Assembly: GCF_009914755.1 (NCBI RefSeq)
Contig: NC_060932.1
DNA length: 64,000 nucleotides
Source of the DNA: the human T2T-CHM13v2.0 reference genome, Homo sapiens
Reading direction: 5' to 3' (one strand)
Part shown: positions 57,840 through 64,000 of the stretch, piece after piece
Layout: each line of letters opens with the position of its first letter
Position numbering within the stretch: position 1 is the stretch's first letter
Made by a program: the position numbers and the translations under genes
Notes under the pieces: generated by a model
What the model was told of the DNA's origin: nothing
Seen by the model: only the letters and a program-made list of their open reading frames with translations
Database searches by the model: none

Positions 57840-59800
57840 GATAGGATCATGAAACCATAACAGAGAAGTGAGTTCCAATATCTGGATAATAACTTTTTTT
57901 AAGAAGTTAAAAAAGACTGAAATTAGATTAAAATTTCTAAAGAAATAAACTTCCCTGAAATGTAAGAAAAACTAGGTCTGTAGAAAAAAGGAATCAACTT
58001 GCTTCAGAAAAAAAACAAAAAACAAAAAACTAATAGTGAATGTTGAGCATAGGACAATATTATAATAAATGTAATGAAACTCAACAATAAAGAAAGAATT
58101 TAACAAGTGTATTCAGGAAGAAGAAACAAATAACTTAAAGAAAATACACACACATGCTCATAGAATGATCGTAGGCTTTTTTAACATCAGTATTGTAAGT
58201 CTTGAGGTGATGACGCACATCTAGAGTTCTGATAGAAAATAAACATGTAACCAGATTGCCTTTTAAATTTGAAGAAAATAGAATCATATCCTAAAGTATG
58301 CAAGAAGGAAAAATTCATAGTGTTTGGTTTATATCTTTAAAATATGCATACATTATATCCAATTAACGACAAGGAAATGAGGAATAAATATTCCCCAAAT
58401 GGGAAAATCATGCCATAAAATGGCTTGTGGGTGAAGTTTCAATACATTTAAATCCAAAATTAATTGGAAATAATATCTAATTAATTCACAGCAGAATGTT
58501 TTAATATAAAGTGTATTACAATTAGCAAAAGTTGAAAAGACATTAAATAATATATACAAATGAGAAGGTGGTAAACTAAGAAAATGGCCACTAAAAATAT
58601 GCCATAAAGAAGCTCAAGAACAAAAACATTTGATTGGTAAGGTGTAAGTGTGCTATGTTCCCCATTTTTCATGACTAGAGTCAATAATGCTAAATTTGAT
58701 AAACTAATAAACACAGGTTTAAACATGCAATTTTCAGTTTTTAGGTTTGGTAAGGCACTAAAAATCACAATACACATGAGTTTTCTCAGGTGGAGGGTAG
58801 GCAAAAAACCACACACCATATTACAAAAATACAAAAGCAAAGGAAATAGCAAAATAAGCATGATATAAGAAGACAAAAGACCAAGTTTATCTCTTACAAT
58901 AATAAATGAAGATTTGATAAGCTCCGAAAGAAAAATTTTAGACACTGTGATAATACAACTAGAAATAAAAAACAACAATGTGCCATCTACAAGACAATCT
59001 TGCCTGAAAGAAACGGACTCTGAAAAATAAGTGTAAAAGGATACACAACAATTTACCAAATAAAAACAAACCGAAAGAAACAAGGGTCATAATATTTATA
59101 TGAAGGAGTTAAAATCCAAGCATTTTGCAATAACTCAAACCAAGAAAAAGACTTTAGTGTAATAAAAGATTCTATGCACAACAAATATGTAACTTTTCCT
59201 AATAAACATGGCATTGAAATGTATGGAGAAAAAATCCTAGCAATATAAGGAATATGAGCAGAATTTGTAGACTAAAATTTCTAACTAAGCAAGTTGAAAA
59301 AAATGTATATTTTAAAATAAGAAATACGTATGTGTGTTAGTGTATGTATATGTATGGTATATACATATAAATATCTATAAATGTCTATGGCATATATGTA
59401 TATTTCAGGCACATACATACACACATTCTATAAAGATAGAAAAAAATTAATTCCAAAAAATGACATATAGTACAAAATATATTTACTTCATTATAATAAA
59501 ACTAAATATAATTATAAAAATAGAGACAGAAAACAATGCCTTATAAATTAAAATATATGTATTATAAGCAAAGTTCAGAGATAAACAGAAATAAACTATA
59601 GAGAAATATTTTTAAAATTGTTATAATCAATAAAATGATACACAAATGGAAATTTTTAGCAAAAGTCATATATGAGAAATTCAAAAATTATTTCATGCAG
59701 GTAGCAAAAATTAGGAAGAAAACAACTAAATATCCACACTAGAGACTAACAATATGTTTCATATTTTCAGTTAATGATATAAATAACATATATAATCAAA
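57840..59800 (+). mobile_element. Very degraded L1M ORF1/ORF2 relic
   Basis: A-rich sense strand; GAAATAAACTTCCCTGAAA, ACAATAATAAATG, TGCCATCTACAAGA motifs in L1 order. Confidence 0.55.
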
Positions 59801-61389
59801 TGGTATGTAAACATTTTTTAAAAATCATGCAGCACATCTATATTTATTGAACAGATAAAAGGGTATGATGAGAAAAGCCTTTCATTAGGCACAGAAGAGC
59901 CTGCCTAGTTATTCTGGCTGATAAACTCTGAGGGTCAGGAGAGCTGGGACTACTCTTACAGATCCTGATCAGCAATGAATCCCTAATCCTAACACAACAG
60001 TGGAACTTTTTAAAGTTATATGTTACTTTTGACACACTGATATAAACTATGGGCTTTTTCTCCTGGGAAATTTGAAACCCAATGATAGGGCTCTATGGAC
60101 CCCTGATTAAGAACCCTTGGCACTAGTAGATGGTAGTGTGACTTCCAACATCTGATTTAGTGTGTTTGGACCCTCATTCTGCAAAATGTGAACAATTCAC
60201 CGCATTTGGTAATTATGAGTGCTGAGTGAGTTCATACTCACAAATGTTTAATAGCCAGAATATACTAAGTGCTAAATGCACATATGAAATTTTTAACTAG
60301 CACTATACCTGGCACATTGTACAAGAGTTCAGCAAATATTTATTAAAGGAATAAGTAACTGTTCTTACCTACTTCTCAGGATTGTGAATGTCAGATCATT
60401 GGCATAACTTTGAAAATTATAAAGCAACAAATGAAGAATTCTTGTCTCATTCTGGGGCTTTGAGGATATTCATAGGACATAAATCATAGCTCTACCATAA
60501 ACATAATGCTTCTTTTGCAAGATTCGCTATGGTATTTGCTTCCATCCAGCAACGCCCTTCAATTAAGTTGACTTTTTGGCATACTTAACATTTGCATGCT
60601 ATGATACATCTCTCATGTGACCCTATTCTCTTTTTTAATCTTAAGAATCTTATGTTTTCAATATAACCAAGTGCAGAAGTTCAGTTTCTGACACTGAAAG
60701 CTATTCCAGTGTTTTGGAGAATTCTGACATCGTAGGTTCTAAAATGAGATATGAGCAGAAAGAAGAGCTCTTGGTGGGAGAATCGGACTTTCTCCTTTCT
60801 TTCAATATGGTGAGCCAGACAAGAGGTTGTATTTTCTTCAAGATGTGAGTTATCTGGAAATAAAATAAGGAGAAAAAAATTAAGCTTTTTTATAATATGA
60901 GTTTTTTGACATTATAACAATATATCTTTGATATAGTAATTTCCTCATTTGTTTGAAAATTTTCAAGCATACATAATGTTTGAAAGAATAATAAAGTGAG
61001 ATATATCTTCCATTTAGAATAAACAGTGTAAAAATCTGCCATGATTTGCTTGTTCTCAGCAAGTTGCAGTTATCATGGCGTTACCCTAAACAATTTAGCA
61101 CGCATCACCGCATAAACACAATGCTATGATCACATCTAAGAAAATTACAATAATTCCATAACATTATCTAAATTCACCGAACAAAATTCCCTAATTTAAG
61201 ACAATTTGAGAATCAAAACGGAAAACTAAAGAATTGAAAACTAAAAAAAAACCCCAAAGATTATTTGGTTATAAATAATGTTTGAATCCATAGACAGAAA
61301 ATGAGAGGGTGGTGTTTCTGTGCAGAAAATGCCAGATAATACACAAAGAAGAAATGACAGATTTTTTTAAATTGGCATTTTGTAATTCC

Positions 61390-61923
61390 TGTGGAGAGCA
61401 AAATAATTGTCTTCCAAAGATACCTAAGTCCTAAACTCAGGAGCCTATGAATGTGTCACTTTACATGACAAAAGAGACTTTGTAGATATAATTAAAATGT
61501 GACCCTGAGATGGGGAGATTTTACTGGATTGTGTAGGTAGGTCCAATCTATTCATATTGATCTTTAAAAGCAGAGAGCCTTTACCAGCTGCAGTCAGAGG
61601 AAGATGTGACTATGGGAGGAGAGTTAAAAAGACACAAGATGAAAAGGACTTAACCTGATGTCACTGCCCTTGAAGATGGAGCAAGGGGTCACCAGCCAAT
61701 TCTTGTGAGTAGCCTTTAGAAATTGGAAAGAGACAAAAATACAGATTTTCCCATAGTGCCTTTAGAAATGAATGAAGCCCTGCTAGCCAGTAGATTGTAA
61801 CCTAGTGAGACCTGCATCAGAATTCTGACCTTCAGAATTCTAACTGTAAGGTAATAAAGTTGTGTTGTTTTAGGCTGCTAGATATGTGGGAGTTTTAAAT
61901 AGCAGTGGTAGACAACTAATACA
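61390..61923 (+). mobile_element. MLT1D-like MaLR solo LTR inserted in an L1MC/ME 3' fragment (~61.2-62.46 kb)
   Basis: TGTGG..AATAAT..CCAAAGAT, GACTTTGTAGAT..AATTAA, CTTGAAGATGGA, AACTGTAAG.TAATAAA.TTGTGTTGTTTTA, AACTAATACA. Confidence 0.88.
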
Positions 61924-62465
61924 AGCCCTTCAAAATAATTGACTCAGAAAGCTCATCAGTGGATGCTAGCTAGAAGCTTTGGGTAAACTGGTGATGTGTA
62001 ATAGGGCAGCCAAATGAGGCCAGAGTGTCAACCCACAGATCATTCACTAATTACAGAAGAAAAAGGTGTCTTTACAATGGGGGAAGAGTGGCATTTATCA
62101 CCTTAATTAAAGTTAGTTTCTTTAATGGGGGATGTCTTCACAGCGTGGGTCCCCTGGTCCAATGCTCTGTGAAGTTCATACATCATGTAAAGTGTTCTTG
62201 CCAATGTTTAGCTAAATCTAATACAACCTATATACTTACTTATATTCATAAAAAAATATTCGGACAACAGAAGAAAATGTAAAGGAAATATAAATAATTA
62301 TATCCAGAGCATAAGATATAAGACAACACTCCCAGAGTCTTCAAAATGTCAATGTAATAGAAAGAAATTAAAGAAGTAAAAGTCCTGTTAAAAATTAAAA
62401 GGTAATAAAGAAATATCACAGTCAAATGCAATGTGTAAACCTTGACTAGATCCTAAATAACAAAA

Positions 62466-62542
62466 AGGAAGGAAGGAAGAAAGGAAGAAAGGAAGGAAGA
62501 AAGGAAGGAGGGAAGGAGGGAAGGGAGGAAAGGGAGGGAAGG
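62466..62542. repeat. (GGAA)n/(GGGA)n microsatellite
   Basis: Direct reading. Confidence 0.95.
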
Positions 62543-62902
62543 CAGCTATAAATTATTTTATAAATATATTAACGATTAAAAATAATATACACAAAATTTC
62601 CACTAGCATCACTTTTTTCTTTTCCAATCATTAATAAATATATTGGCTGTTTACTGTGGAAAGAGCATTGATTTGGACCCATGGGACCTTGGTTCCAGTC
62701 CTGATTATGCCTACAAATGATTTAGGGAAAAACATTTAATTTGTCTGACTGTCAGCTTCATAAACTAGATTGTATTGCATGATTTCCGCTGAGCCTGAAA
62801 CTTGCACATTCCTTGGCATTTCCTCCAGGAGAACCTTTGGAAAGATTTTCTTTGACTCTCAATTCTAATGAAAACTTCAAATGACAAATTTGCTGAGTGA
62901 GC

Positions 62903-63557
62903 ATATAAGTTTTTTATTGCTCTGTAACAAAGTACCCCAAATGAAGTAGCTTAAACCAACACAAGTTTATTATCTCACAAGTTCTATAGGTCATAAATAG
63001 GGGCATGTTATGGCTGGATTCTTTACTCAGGGTTTCAATGTACTGAAAGCAAGACATTGGCTGGAGCTGTGGTTCTCATCTTGGCTCAGGATTCTCTTCC
63101 AGGTTTACTTGTTTGGGGCGGAATTTCTTTTCTTGCAACTCCAGGACTGAAGTCCCCATTATCTTTCTAGCCGTTGGCTGGGATCAGCTCTCAGCTCCTA
63201 GATGCTGCCTGCAGTTCTTTACCATGTAGCAACCATAGACAATTCACAACATGAGTGATTGCTTTCTCCCAGGCAACCTGCAGCATATTTATGACTGTCT
63301 TCTGCTACCTGCCTGCAGAAAATAGTGCTTTTATAAAACTTATGTGATTAGGTCAGACCCACTTAAATAATTGCTCTCTATCATTAGGTCAACTAATTCA
63401 AGACCTCAGTTATGTCTGCAAAATCCCTTTTGATCTACAAAATATTCTAATCATGGGATTGAAATTCACTATATTCAAAAATCTTGAGAATTATGCAGAG
63501 CGTGTTTACAATGAGTCAGTAAATCTTGTGGTCCATCCTAGGATTCTGCTATTACAT
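62903..63557 (-). mobile_element. MLT1E-like MaLR solo LTR
   Basis: ATTGCTCTGTAACAAAGTACCCCAAA..AGCTTAAACCAACAC..TTTATTATCTCACA..TTCT; TGATTAGGTCAGACCCAC; ATGTCTGCAAAATCCCTTTTG; ends ATTCTGCTATTACA. Confidence 0.85.
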
Positions 63558-64000
63558 GGTTATCTCAAATCCACTATGTAAAAAATAATGCATTCAATTG
63601 TCATAAGTTTGTAGAAAGTATTTTGCAATACACATAATTTTCCATGGAAATCATTAAAAATATTGAGTCAAAGGTATTTCTTATTTTGAAGGGTAAAAAA
63701 ATTAGTTCAGTTCCTCTATAGACTTAAAACATAACAGTATCATAAGAGAAATTAAATTGAGATGAATATGAATTCATATATCAGATCAATAAAGTGATTT
63801 ATGTGAAAAGCTTGCAAAAGTGTATATTATCACATGTTAAGAGCAAGAAGAATGTTATACCAAGTGCAGAGAGTTCAGATCAAAGAAAAATAAACATACT
63901 TTTAAAAGTTAAAAACTATTTAAAAGAATTCATGAATATGAAGAATTAATGGAAGCAAACACATTCCATGCCATTAAAAGGTAATTTGAAGGATTAAAGG

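Noticed and set aside
58481-59083. Longest ORF (200 aa, hydrophobic, looks membrane-like)
   Set aside because: Antisense of an A-rich degraded L1; T-rich codons give Phe/Leu/Ile; non-ATG start and no family motif.
62466-62542. GGAA microsatellite as an ETS-fusion response element
   Set aside because: Runs of consecutive GGAA are short and interrupted; no evidence of function.

Overview
Primate genomic DNA, almost certainly human or a close great ape (an AluYg6-like element is present). It is AT-rich and dominated by repeats; I see no credible protein-coding exon, RNA gene or CpG island. The main blocks are: (i) an old L1PA15/16-type LINE on the minus strand (~13.4-19.6 kb); (ii) a two-LTR, non-coding MER4-group ERV1 provirus with an Arg-tRNA primer site (20.76-28.07 kb); (iii) a near full-length L1PA15/16-type LINE on the plus strand (33.3-45.6 kb), which contains a 5'-inverted younger L1, which in turn contains a truncated ERV1 and Alus; (iv) many Alu, L2, MIR, MLT1, MER20, Charlie and L1M relics. 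I found no new gene-based biological system. The real signal is a set of rearrangement scars: a 263-bp self-templated copy inside an L1, an Alu copied with its ERV flanks to a site 6.4 kb away and ending in a perfect 24-bp palindrome, two Alu-associated deletions, an orphan L1PA fragment at a deletion junction, a triplicated L1 target site, and a young, possibly polymorphic Alu. Subfamily names come from my memory of consensus sequences and need RepeatMasker/Dfam confirmation; old-repeat boundaries are approximate.
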